A DNA stretch of 64,000 nt, taken from Amphiscolops sp. MND2022 (taxonomy: Eukaryota). Made by a program: the position numbers and the translations under genes. Below, piece by piece: positions 12,138-25,193 of the stretch; the first letter of the stretch is position 1; each line of letters starts with the position of its first letter. The DNA is taken from NCBI GenBank assembly GCA_964187785.1, contig OZ076409.1, forward strand, positions 62,374,001-62,438,000. Reading direction: 5' to 3'. Below the pieces are notes generated by a model. It worked only from the letters and a program-made list of their open reading frames with translations. It was not told the origin of the DNA and did not search any database.

Positions 12138-15100
12138 TTGAACTATGTCATTGATATAAATTTTATGAACAAACTCATGAAAACTTGAAGTTGACTTCCA
12201 GTTTGAAATGATTTCATATCTAGTTCAGATTTGTTTGAGTGATTATTCCCGCCAGTCGATAAAAACGCTTATAGCTTCTAAAAGCTTCAATTCAAATAAT
12301 CTGAGTCGCCCGTTAAGCACCGGGATATTTTCCGCCCAGTTCGCCTTCACCAATTGAGCCATAGCTATTTGGTAGGGGGAATAGGATCTAAAGAATAACT
12401 AAAATTTAGTGATTTTAGATCTTATTCCTTTTAGATCTTATTCCCGCCCTGAAATTTTAGATCTTATTCCCTTTAGATCTTATTCGCTTTTTTACTTTAG
12501 ATATTATTCCCGCTGTATGGTATTTTAGTTACTTGACTATTTCAGTTACTAGTAGCTATATACAATAGTCAAGTAATCAAAAGGTGGAGATTTGGCAAAA
12601 TTCGGAAAAACGCGTCACAGATCATGATTTTCCTCCCACTTATAAAATGTGGGATCGGAAAATAATAACCTTCTGTTGTTATTGTTGGAAAAAACAACTG
12701 GTCCGCCACAATGACGAAAACTAGAAAACAGAATCGGGAACAATCTCCGAAAATGTCAGACGGAACAAAGAAACTGACAATTGCTCAAAAACTTCAGTCA
12801 AATCAATCTGGAGACTCAGCTTCAGAGATGGCAAGAGCTTCTAAGCCCAAAAGAAAACAAGCTAAGAAGCCTTCAAGAATCGATTGACGTTGCTTTGAAG
12901 AAATTTGATGAGAAAAAGGAAATGGTTTTGGCTCAAGTATCTGATATACAGGTGGAAGAATTCATCAAGGAAAGTTCTGACTTGATGTCAAAGGCTACGT
13001 GGGCCATGTCTGAGATAAACACAGCTTACTGCTTTGACGGTGGTTTCTAAAGCAGCTCCAGATACGACCGTCGAAAACACCAGTCAGTCCAAGCTACCGC
13101 CAATTCTACTTTCTCACTTCAACGGCAATTACGATGGATGGGCGTCATTCAAAGATCAATTCGAAACTGCCGTACATAGTCGGAAGCTCTCCGTGGAAAG
13201 TTAGTGTATCTTCAGTGTAGGACAGTGTGTTCACGGTCCTGCTTATGTTGCACGAAAGATGCTTGAGGATGAGTTTAATGACTATCGCCTGCACCTCAAG
13301 ACATTGTTGACGCGAGTTGTAGACTGCAAGTCAGTTAACGAAGACAATCTGACACATCTACGAGCACATTATTTAACTTCCAATGAAACAAGTCAATCAA
13401 TGACAGCACAGGGATTGGTAGTGGAGAATGATGTGTGGCACCACTCTCTTTTCACGAAAATGGACAAAGAGACTCAAAAAGCTTGGGAACGAAAAAAACC
13501 GTGGCAGTGATGGCTTGGTTTGACGATCTGTTGAAATTTCTAGGCAACAAAATCAGATCAAAAGCAAGTCTCTTGTACGAAATTTCAGAATGAGAAATCT
13601 CTTCTCATCGAAGATAAAAAAAACCAAAAGCCTTCAAATGTTTCTTTGAATCCCGTGAAGAACGTCATGGTCTCATGCAGTGTGAAAAATTCAAGACTGC
13701 ATCAATGAGAGACCACAAAGATTTTGTCGAAGAGTCATCATTGTGTTTCCATTGCTTACGCAAGGGACACGTTATCAACGATTGTTCTTCAATGTCAAGG
13801 TGTAAGCAAAGTGATGGCAAGCATCATACGTTACTTCATGAGACAGAAAAGACTTTAAGTACTGAAATGTGATCGACAAGCCAATTCTTCTGATTCGATA
13901 ACTGTCTTGCCAACTGCTGAAGTAACTGTTCTAGCTGTCCTAGCATCAAATGGTCGAGGAGTGAAACTTCGAGCCCTGATAGACACATGTGCTCGCATGA
14001 ATGTTACCACCGCCAATGCGTAGCTGAAACTTGGGTTGAAGATAACCGCGTTATCAGAACGAATTATTGAAGTGAATCAGAGTTCTTCGATGCCAGTCAA
14101 TGGTGAAATGGAAACCACTATGTATCCAAAGAAAGGAAAACCTCTCACGTTAAACTGCAGTTTTGGAAACTATCACTACATGTTCGAATCCAGAAGCATT
14201 CTCCCACCGAGCGATCTTGATCAATAATTTGATTTGGCCAAAAGTTCGATAAACTAGGGAAAGTGGATCTTCTGCTGGGCCAGGAAATCTACACAAAAAT
14301 AGTTAGTTCCTCGATTCGAAAAAAAAACACAATATTTGCCTCACAAAAACTACTCGGGTGGATGATTGGAGGCATTGTGCCGATGTCAGCACAAAAGTCA
14401 ACTATCAAACCGGCATTCCTGACACGACTGGACAGGAAACAATGAGGGATATTGGCACATTGAAGACAACAACTTTTGGTCAAAATGGTAGGCCAAATGT
14501 GCGACTTCCCTTAGAAAAAACCAAGAAACATTGATCCAAGTAATCAAGAAGTTTTGCCACGACATTGGACATTCTGCTCGAAAGGCTCTTGGTCAATTTC
14601 TTCACAATGAAAGAAAGCTTGCAATTAATGACAGCGCATGTCAGCAATTTGTCTAATTTCCAAGATATTATAGATTTGAAACATATCGAGAGGGTGCCAC
14701 CCAACGAAGAATTTTTACCAGTGGGTTACTATGAGCTTCCACACCATGCAGTATTCAAAAGTTCGAGAACAGCGAAGTGCCGAGCAGTCTTCAACGCGTC
14801 TGCCAAAACGTCGAATGGGAATAGTCTCAACGACTGTCTTCTCCTTGGTCCGAAACAGCAACCGGACTTGTATTCCGCTCTTATTCGTCTCCGATTTCTC
14901 AATGTTGCTTTGAATGGAGATTTTCCATCGAATCTATTGGAGGTCCGACCCGTCAAAACCCTTGAAAAGTGGCCACTCACCAGGGTCATAAGGGGTTGTA
15001 TCCAGCTCGTACCATGCAATAAGAGCTCTGAGATACTCAATTTGCAAAGATTCCATATTGGAGTCACTTTATGTAGATGACTACGTTGGCGGTGCTGCAC

Positions 15101-18100
15101 CTGAGAATGACACCCTGAAATTACCAAGCACGAAACCCTGAAATTACAAGCACGTTGGCATCGGTAGGAAGGCACATTCGGAAGTGGGCAAGTAGTAGTA
15201 AAGCGGTAATGGCAGCCATTCCGCCCGAATTACGCGAAAACAAAAAAATTCCCTTCACGAAGTTGACCAAAATCTCAAGACTCTTTGGGCAACACTGTTT
15301 TCGCTACAAGATCTCATCGCAAATGGATTTGCCGACATCCCTACCGGTGCCCCAACTGATTTCCAGCACGTTTGAAGATGTAAATAGTGATTTTCCAAAA
15401 ACTTCATTTTTGCACCCTTCCTCTCTGACTACCCGTGTGGCCAACTATGGTGTAAAAAAATCTTCAAGAAGAAAGGCCGTAGAACTGCAAAAGTTTCGAT
15501 AAATTGTCTCCATATACTTGCCTCAGTACGTTGAGCACAATTTTGGAAGCACACCTTCCAAAGCAAACGCGCAGTCGAAAACTCGGAAATCTCCCAAAAG
15601 TCATTTTGATCAACTTTGGAGCTCTGAAAAAGCAACGTCTAGTGCTTCTAATCCAGCAAATTTGGTACCTGCATACTCAATATCATTGCCCCAATCGATT
15701 TCAGACTTTTTTGGACAGATCCAAGACTTTCCGAAAATTGACCTATGTCAGACTGCAGCATATTGTGGTCAAATTTGCAATGGTAAAAACATGTCTTCCA
15801 GTGCACCGAGCTCCGTCAAAAAGGTTCCAATGGATTATCTTGAGGTGCCCCATGACATTCCTAGCACTTTGACGACCCGCAGAATCATTTCTTGGAACTT
15901 GGGACGAGTGTTTGTTCCCCTCGTATTGGTCACTCCAGTGACAATTCTGCCAAAGATACTCTTCCAAATGACTTGGGAACCGCACCTTGGGTGGGTCCCG
16001 ACGACGTTGGGGCACACATTGGGAAGCTATTTCACCATTGGTGGTCTTTATTACAGCATCTGGATAGCCCGGAGATACCTCGAAAGATGACCAGAAATGA
16101 TGACATTTTGGTCAACATTGACAAGTCGAAACTCGAGCTTCACATCTTTTGTGATGCCAGTGAAAGTGCCTATGGTTTCAGTATATATGCCCGTACGTCA
16201 TCAGCAACCGGAAGAGCCTCCTCTTTGCTCACAGCAAAACCTCGACTTGCACCGAAGGAATTAGGAACCCTTCTGAGATTGGAGCTGTGTGCTATGGATA
16301 TCGCGTCAAAAACAAAAGTCATTATGGAAGTTCTTGGGAAGTTGGGGCTATATCCACGACTGTATGCCTACAGTTATTCTACGATTTCACAGTCTTGGGC
16401 CAAGTGACATCCATATCGCTTCCAAACCTTTGTCGCAAACAGAGTGGTCACAATATAACAGATTTTATTACCTGAAATTTCGTATCATGTTCCAACAAAG
16501 CAGAATCCTGCTGATCTGGCTACCCGCCTCCATCGACTCTAAACATCTTTTAGACTTGTCCCTTCGATGATACGGCTCCGATTGGCTGAGCTCTACTGGG
16601 TCCTTAGTACTCCCTGATCCACCCTAAATTCTTGATCCAACACTTGAAATCAAGCCTAATTTCTGTCACAAATCAAAAGGGCACCAGCAACGATGAAGGG
16701 GAAGGAAACATGGCAGCTGTATCAGTGGACACTGATCCACAGTCTACTAGTGAAGATGACCAAAAATTGCCAATCATAGATATAGCACGATTAAGTAGTC
16801 TCCAAAAGTTAACGATGACGTGGGTTTTGAAATTCGTCATAAAACTCAGCAGGAAAGTTCATGAGCATAATGCAGCACGTAATGGAGCACTCAAGTTCAA
16901 AAGGAAGCATTTTCTGACGATATCCAGAGCATGAAAATTAACAATTCAGTATCGAAAGCTTCGAAAAATTTACAATTATATCCATTCATCAGTGCGAATG
17001 GAATACCTAGTTGGGGCGTTTACCAAATACCGAGTTGTCAGATGATGTCAAGTATCCTCCAGTTTTGCCGATTAAACGTCCTTTGCCTTTTATAATACTA
17101 CGGAACAGTCACCACGAGGTCAAGCATTGTGGTTTGAATGCAATTCTAGCTCACGCTCGTCAACATTTTTGGATAATCGGTGCCAGACAAATGACACGTC
17201 AAATGATAGCCGAATGTAATACTTGCTTCCGGTTTAACTGCAGAGATACCAAACAGCTGATGGGAGATTTGCAGAAGGAACGAATTACACCATCCCCACC
17301 ATTCTCACACGCTGGAATTGATCTTACTGGTTCAATTTTGATCCAAGAGCAGAAAATTCAATTGAAATGCTACGTGATTGTTTGCTTCGTAACGGAAGCG
17401 ATACACTTGGACATCGTGCTATCACTGAATACTCAAGACTGTTTACAAGCAACCAGACGATTCATTTCGAGAAGAGGACGCCCGAAACAAATCTATTCAG
17501 ACAATGGGAAAATTTTCATTGGCTCACTGGATGAACTAATCAACTGGAAGAAACTTTTCGAGAAAAGTATGCAGGTTCTTTGCCTGAAGCGGTTCTCAAC
17601 ATTGGTGTGAATTGGGTAACGATCCCTGCACGAGCTCCTAGTTTTGGCGGTCTTTGGGAATCCAGCATCAAATCAATGAAATTATTATTGAGGAAAATAA
17701 TTGGCAAATCAACAAGGGTGGTGAATGATATACATTTATTTACCAGATTGAGGGAATTTTGAATTCTGCACACTCACATTTTCAGATGACCCGAAAGATT
17801 CCATGCCACTTACACTTGCTATGTTGGTCAATGGATTCAATATTTCCCAACTACCTTTAGTAGTTGAACCTGTTAATTGTATCCCCAATGAAGAATGTCC
17901 TGAAAAACGCTTCAATTACGTCAGCAAGCTCATTATTGATTTTTGGAAAGTGGTCAAAGGAAGACTTAACAACGCTGTAAATCAAAACGGAACATCCTAA
18001 CATTTCTAGCGGCAATTTAGTTTATATCACAGAGGACAACCTACCTCCCCTACACTGGTCTATTGGAATGATTAAAAATGTATATTCTGGAAATGATCAT

Positions 18101-18797
18101 CTTGTAGGTGTAGCCAAAGTCAAAACATCAGAAAACAAATCTGTCATTAGAGCTATTACAAAGCTATGCAAACTACTTATCAGAAAGAACCAACCGTAAC
18201 CCCCAAGTGCTTCTCCAACGACGAATTCCTCCTCTTCTTGACCCTGCTGCTCCTGAACCCTTCTCCTCGCAACTTCAGTAGCCTGCCAGTCACCCTTCCT
18301 ATCGCGCTTCCCGTCACTCCTCTTGGCACACTTGCGAAGTCGATGCTTTCGAGGAGCTCTGGGCTTTTTTCCGGGCCTTGGAGGTTGATTGTCCTTGCTC
18401 TGCTCTATATCTCTTCGGAGATCTTCAGCCCCCTCTTGCAGCCACTCGGATTCAGCAACAGCAGGAACAAAATTCTCATTATCTTCTGAGGAAGGATTAT
18501 GTCGCGATGCCAGCAATTGCCTCAGAACCGATTCATTCGTCATCTGGAAGTATTTTGAAAAGAGTCAACGGGGGCGACATAATGGACAATCCTAATTGCT
18601 CAAAATTGAATGTCATTGATATAACTGTTATGAACAAACACATGAAAACTTAAAATTGACTTCCTGTTTGAAATGATTTCATATCTAGTTCAGATTTGTT
18701 TGAGTGATTATTCCCGCCAGTCGGTCTAATTAACTGTTTTCTCTCGAGTAAAAACGCTTCTAGCTTCTAACAGCTTCAATTCAAATAATCTGAGTTA
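12134..18797 (+). mobile_element. Decayed BEL/Pao LTR retrotransposon in PARP4 intron 4
   Basis: LTR-like direct repeats 12134-12306 and ~18600-18797; PBS-like tggtcc at 12699; gag CFHCLRKGH; YELPHHAVFK, RAVFNASAK, LNDCLLLGP; RNaseH LHIFCDAS, LELCA; integrase HCG, GIDLTG, YSDNG, GGLWES; many stops and frameshifts. Confidence 0.93.
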
Positions 18798-20399
18798 CGG
18801 CGAAACCAAGCGCAAAAGATCTTAATATTTTGGCACCGAGATTTCCAACATTTTTCTTGAATGCCGCCCCTGTGCTTACTGGAAACGCGTTGCGCTGTTT
18901 GAACCTTTAGCGGGACGCCTACTTAGAGCTGTTCTCAGCTTGTTTTATCCTAAATGTTTGAAATATCCGAAACTTTTTTCACTAACAAGTCTGAAACAGG
19001 AAGTTCTTTTTCACTTTTCCCCACAAATTTAATCACAGTCTAACGAACCTAACTGAAACTGAGCTCTCATGAAGAGCTTCGACGGAGCTTGGGAATCCGT
19101 CTGATCATACGTTCTGAAACATTTTCACAACATAGGGGCTAAGGTGCTTAGCGCAAGGCTTGCGAAGAATACTCGAGATGAAAGTAGGGGCTAGCGAGAA
19201 GAAAGCAGTTTCGCTGACAGGCTCCGAGAGTGAATGGTAAAAAGTATTCACCTATCAAGTAGCCGACTGGCTGGAAATGAGATTTCAAACCCAACCGATC
19301 CACAAAGTTTCTCACAAAATAAGACTGATGGAGCCTGCTTTGGTTGAATACTCGAGCACTGGAACATGGGCAATTGCCTCAGGCAATATTTAGCGGAATT
19401 TCTACTGCATCACATATACCCTCGAAAATATAAGCCTCGGTAAACTGAATAGGCTAAAATGTTTTTTGATCTATAAACATTTTCTGTCAAAAATTGCACC
19501 AAGGAGCAACGTTAGCGGGAAGAAAGTTAATCCACGAGAAGGCCTCCGGAATGCACCATGAAAAATTACATACCCATCATGCCAGTAGTTTGAATGGTTC
19601 CGATGATATCAAGTTTTCTAACGGGAAAAGTCAATGTTGGAACATCCATGGACAAAACTTTTCTACTGGAAGATTGTCCAGAGTCGCGTTGGTTTCTCGA
19701 AAAAAAAACGAAACGCGTACCTCTCACAAAGGACGAGAAATAAGGGCTGAAAGTTGGAAAAGTTGGTCAATATCTTACTTTTCTGACATAACAAAAGTAA
19801 AATTTGCCTTTGAAAATCGGATGGCCCTATGCTTCGCTTCGCCTAAAAACAACCGAGACTGCTTGTTGGCCTTCTGAGTGCGTGAATGCTGGAAGGTCAT
19901 CAAGAAAAAAGGCTGACAATGGCAAAATTGAAGTCATGCTAAATTCGGCAAAACAAGTGAATCTTTTTCCAGGAAAATCAATGTCCATGAACATGAGCTG
20001 TTGGCTACCTAGGATATAGTCTTGACCTTCTTTCCCAATCAGGATTCAATATATGTTTTTTCAAGCTATTATCTGAAAAACAATCTTGTTTAAATGAATA
20101 AAAACTCAGGATTCGGACGGTCAAGCGATTTGCGTCCTCTGATATACGCTAACTTCATTGAGTCAGGCTAATGAGTGCAAACCGAAAATTTTTTCTTCAT
20201 TCTGCAGTTTTTAAATTTGTATACCATAAATGATCTCTTAAGATACAAAAATCCCGAAATATTGAATGTCCTGGTTTGGATTCTCATTGCTAAAATCTGT
20301 CATTCGTCATTGAAGACCAAGTTCATCTGTTAACCAATTAATTAACCAATTGAACTTTTTTCGCCAATAATTACACTTGCGATAAGCAAGTGTTATGGG

Positions 20400-21915
20400 A
20401 AAGTGCGGGCGCTTTTTTTCCGGGCGACAACTCTCGTTTCACGCGGCAAGTCGCACATTTCACGCGTTCGTGGTCCAGTGGTAAGATGTTTGCTTTTCAA
20501 CCCAGAGGTTCCATGTTCTGGGCGTACCCGTGCGTATGCTAATTTCGAAGCAAAAGGTTCTCACTTTTTTCGGCGCTATGAGACTCCTTCCCTTTTTTCG
20601 GCTTTGTGAGACTTTTTTCGGAAATTTTTTAATGTCCCCAAAGTGTCCTCCCTTCAGTTTGTTTGATATTTTGCAACAGAACGAATGTTAGAAAATCCGA
20701 AAGTGTTTTTTTTCAGATTTTTCGGCACTAGGAGACTCAAAATTTCTCATTTTTGTTTTTTTTTGAAAATTGTTCGAAAGACTCCAAACGGTCTCTCCGT
20801 TCAGTTTTTTTGAAATTTTGCAACAGAATGGATGTTAAAAAATCTCAAAGAGCCCCCCTTCTACAGTTTTCGTCATTGTGAGATTTTTCAAAAGGAATAA
20901 TTTTTGTCTTAAAATTAGGTTTTCTCAGACCCAGCGCGCTATATCCGATTTTCGTTTTTACAGACCGGTGTTTTTTCTACGCGACTTTTTAGGAGTCGGA
21001 AAAAATTTTCGACTACTTATGCAATCGTGCTGTTTTTTATTTGTTTTTTCTCCCGACCTTTTCATGAAAATTTCAAATTTCTCAGAAACTGTCCATACGA
21101 TTTCCACAAAATTTTGCACAGTCATTCTACATCCAAAGGGGCCCCTGCGTGTGCAAAGACATCAAAATCGTATGGCTGGGATGTGAGAAACAGCCAAAAT
21201 TAGCCAAAAAATGGCCAAAAAACAGCCATTTTTCGACTTTTTTCGATTTTCTCAAAAACTGTCCATACGATTCGAACGAAATTTTCCACAGTTATTCTAC
21301 ACCATATTAGAGTCCTATATGTGCAATGGAATCAAAATCGTATGGCTGAGATGTGAGAAACATAGCCAAAATTATCCCAAAAATGGCCAAAAAACAGCCA
21401 TTTTTCGACTTTTTTCGATTTTCTCAAAAACTGTCCATACGATTCGAACGAAAGCGAGTCAGAAGGAAAAAGACTTAAGCCGACTCCTTTACCGCATATG
21501 CGGCTCTGGTTTCAAATTCGTTTTCATCGAAGCCCTCCTCAATTTTACAAGAAACGAAACGTCTTGCGAGCGTAAAGAACTCCTCAACGTTTTCGGCACT
21601 ATGCGACTTACCGGAGACCTTCGTCAAAAAAATTATTCGGAAAACTTCGAAAATTTTTTTCCTCAATTTTCTGCTTTTTTCAAAGGTTTTCCGTTGAGAA
21701 AGATGGGTTTTTCAGTTGTTTCCAGTTGGGGAAGAATGGTTTTCGAGACTTATGCGTATCCCTTCGGGTATTTTTTGGGGCTGTAAAATTGATGAAATTT
21801 TAACATTACTGTCCTTTTACCCTTGGTTGTCCGTATGATACTGCTGATTTGGTTTTCTTTTGAAAAGTTCAGAACTTTCTTCGCAAGTGTTTGCGAAGCA
21901 CGGCTTCGCCTCTGT
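20400..21915 (+). mobile_element. Family A repeat with nested family B element
   Basis: Same core repeats, tRNA-like segment near 20467-20520, end gcgaagcacggcttcgc. Confidence 0.6.
20986..21512 (+). mobile_element. HINE-like family B with internal ~150-bp tandem repeats
   Basis: ttttaggagtcgg ... ccgactcct plus hairpin ccgcatatgcgg; second copy at ~47705-48125. Confidence 0.72.
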
Positions 21916-22323
21916 GTACACTAGGGTACCAAAAGGACACTCGATTCGCTAACAAAAAATTTCAGAAGGCAATGAATTTTCTCATATAAGCAATTGACAC
22001 GGAGCCATTGTAAAAAATTATCGGATATAAAAATACTGTTTTGACGGAAATACAACTATTTTTGGTTCATTTATCAATAAACCACTATCGGAAAGTTTTG
22101 AAAATGAAAGTTAAAGAACGGTGTCAAAGCTACAAAAATTCTCATTCAATTTTAAAAAATATATTGTAATTGTGATCAAACTCTGAGAAGCTTTTGCTCC
22201 TTACTTTCTGTCAAATCACTGCCCTTAGAGAAAATGTGTTTTTAAAGTTTACGCCTGTGATATTAGCTGTCTTAGCTTTTTGGTACCATAGTGGATTTCA
22301 AAACGATGTTTTTCTTCGTTTAG

Positions 22324-22555
22324 GCGAGAGATGAATTTGCAGTGATAGAATTGATACAACTGAACGACAAAGTCTCTCTGCCTCTACAAAGTGTCAAATA
22401 TCCAATAGTCGACATAGATACGCCTTTCATTGTCCTTAAATGGCATGCAGTGAAGACCGGAGACAGCAATGTTCTGCGTGACGTTGCCGATTCTGCTGAT
22501 AGCAACTCTAAAGATGTCGCTGATTCTGCTGTTGATGGCGTAACCTTGGCAGCAG
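22324..22555 (+). CDS. PARP4: PARP4 exon 5, WGR-like (ARDEFAVIEL..DTPFIVLKWH..)
   Basis: tttag acceptor phase 0, donor gtactt phase 1; resembles PARP4 EAVVVELQ..CPFLISSH. Confidence 0.8.
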
Positions 22556-23262
22556 GTACTTTAGATATTTTTGAAATTAACTTGAATCTCATGTAAGCAT
22601 AAGTGTGGGATTTTTCGTAGCCAATTTTCAGTCTAGAATTAGAAATTTTCGGTTAGATTCGAAATCAATTAAGCTGTGCATTTCTCTCCCGACAGTGAAT
22701 GGTTCCTAATTTTGCCTCTTATCGCTTAAGGCGCTTTTTTGTAATAAGGCTTGTAGCTCACTGGGCTCCGCTTGCAAAGTTTTTTGCATCTTCAAAATGC
22801 ATGTTTAATATCGACCAAATCGAAGGAATTGGTTCCTATGCTTCACGAATTTTGAATCAGAAAAACTATTCACGCAACTCACGGCTTATATTAGCGTTTA
22901 CGCTGTAAGTGATGATATCACTAATAATGACCCTCAAGGACAGTTTTGTAAAACTGAATCATTGAGGCTACTGAAATAAGGAAAATACAAGCGAATTGTC
23001 TAATACAGACCCGAATCATATAAATTAACCCGCATGGCAAGGGGTGTTTTTAGAATATTTGAACAATTGTATACTCTTTATAGACTATCGTTGTCCTTTT
23101 CACATAAGGCCTTTGAATTACCGAGACTTCTAAAGTTTGTGTGATTTTTCTTCACTTAATGATTACGAGGTCTTTGAATTACCGAGAGTCTTAAAGTTTG
23201 TGTGATTTTTCTACACTTAATGATTAAGGAATCTTGGGTTAATTTTTTGATCTGTTAAACAG

Positions 23263-23465
23263 GTACCAACAACACCATAGAACAGCAAGGTGCCATGGTA
23301 GAATTATTTCCATGCAAAAATGCAGTCACTGCAGTGGAGTGCTATGCGAGTGGTTTGAAAAGCTTTCCTGACAACATGCAAGATGCATTGACAACTACCG
23401 AATCAAAACAACTGCTGGAAAATATTTGTGAGGCAAACTTTCCGGGGTCGGCGAAACTAAGACAG
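23263..23465 (+). CDS. PARP4: PARP4 exon 6, end of WGR-like domain
   Basis: aaacag acceptor phase 1, in frame with ORF 23295; donor gttagg phase 0. Confidence 0.8.
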
Positions 23466-24076
23466 GTTAGGACTAAGAGTTGGAATTTTCGAAATCCTTT
23501 GTGAAAATTCGTGTATACTCAGAGAAACTATTGATTGCCGCTAATTTGAATTGTTAATAACATCGGTGAAACAATTAGCGGTGGCAAAACTTTAGTTCAG
23601 TTTCAATATGAGTTTCCAATGAGGGTTATGCATATATAAACTTTGATAGATGCGTATCGAGATAGTGTCCATGCTCAATAAACGATCAATTCTATTACAA
23701 AAATTATGTTAGGCAATCTTGTTAAGAGTTATTGAATACATGACGCCCGTACTTGAAAAAATTGTACCTTACACGGTTTATTTTGTTAATCGAGATATCG
23801 TAATGTAAACTTGATTGTACAGTCAGTCAATTTTGGTTACAGCGAATAGAATCATAAACAATGAATCACAAACATCGTAATCATTTCTTCATAAACGATA
23901 TTCGTTTCTAACGAAATTGACTGTTTAATGATGGCAAGATTTCACTGGAACGCATATTTAGATTGAATGATCACCTGACAAAGTAATGTTTTTTGTTGAT
24001 TTCGATCGACATATTTCCTTTTCCATCAATCTATCGAGGTGAAAATTGTAAAATGCGACGATTTTTTCTTTTGCAG

Positions 24077-24454
24077 GCGATTCTATTGGATTTGAACTCT
24101 CGAAGTCTTGATCTAGATCCAAGAACAGTGGAGCTCTTACAGACTCTCTACTCAGAAGCGAGAAGTTCTCTGGAAGAACTGAAAAACTTTTCAATTCAAT
24201 CGTGCGATCGCGATACCATCGAAGAGGCTATGGGGTATCTTCTGGAAATCAAACGCTTGAAACAGTTTCTCCTGAAGACCGACCAAAAAGACCCCGAAGC
24301 GAACCAGATATCGAAAACCGAAATGAGGTCCATAATTGACGCCCATTTAAGGTGCAGCGACTTCACTAGGAGGTACCTCGAATGTTTACCTCAAAAGCAG
24401 AATGTAGATGAGTTGTCGTTGCAAGAAGTTGCTCAGAAACTCGATATGTGCCAA
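24077..24454 (+). CDS. PARP4: PARP4 exon 7, helical (regulatory) domain
   Basis: ttgcag acceptor; ends VAQKLDMCQ (PARP4 LAKKADLCQ); donor gttagt. Confidence 0.88.
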
Positions 24455-24751
24455 GTTAGTTCTGTTCGTTTTCATTGTTTCTAACCAAATTAGTGTTTCA
24501 AAAATCGGCTTGAATATATCCCGTGTATACCGTATTTGATCGGAAGATATCCGTGGCTCCCATTTTTTGTCTTGCATTAGGACAAGCTATGAAACTTCAG
24601 GGGGTGTTTTAATTTTGGATGAAAAGCGTAACTCATTTGAGGGTGGCTGCTTAGTCGGCGCTTTTTGTAACTGACCATAATAGTTGCAGTCCTCCACGAG
24701 GGCGACCATCAATGTGACAAAAGGAATCAGGAAAATACGCACCTATCGAAA

Positions 24752-25193
24752 ACAAGCTAGAAACGGCCCAAGCCGGCGCCATATCCAAGGCTCAAAAATA
24801 GCAAAAGGACTTCAAAATTTCCGAGTATTGGTGAAAAAAAGTTTTTTTGAAAAAGTCTCACAATGCCGAAAAAAACTGAAAGGCAGGACCCTTTGGGATT
24901 TTTCAACATCCATTCTGTTGCAAAACTCCAAAAAATTGAAGGGGGAATTTTTTTGAAAAAAGTCGCACAGTGCCGAAAAAATGGACCCTTTGGTCTCGTC
25001 CGGTATTGTATGTTACGCGGGAAACCTTTTTGGTTCAGTTCCTTGGGCCAACAGGTACATTTTGGCGTCTTCTGAAAATTTTGTAGAACTTTTGGTAGAA
25101 CTATTTTGGTCAGTTCAGGTGGTCTTAAAAAAACACTGACGAAAAGCCATGACTATAGTCGACTCTTTTCTGAAGAAAAGCGCCGACTAAAAA
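24752..25193 (-). mobile_element. HINE-like family A copy
   Basis: aagccggcgccatatccaaggctc ... gcgccgactaaaaa. Confidence 0.72.

Noticed and set aside
21211..21786. 190-aa ORF and similar K/F-rich ORFs at 11545-12135, 49836-50567, 36825-37175
   Set aside because: Spurious translations of non-autonomous repeats and a microsatellite.
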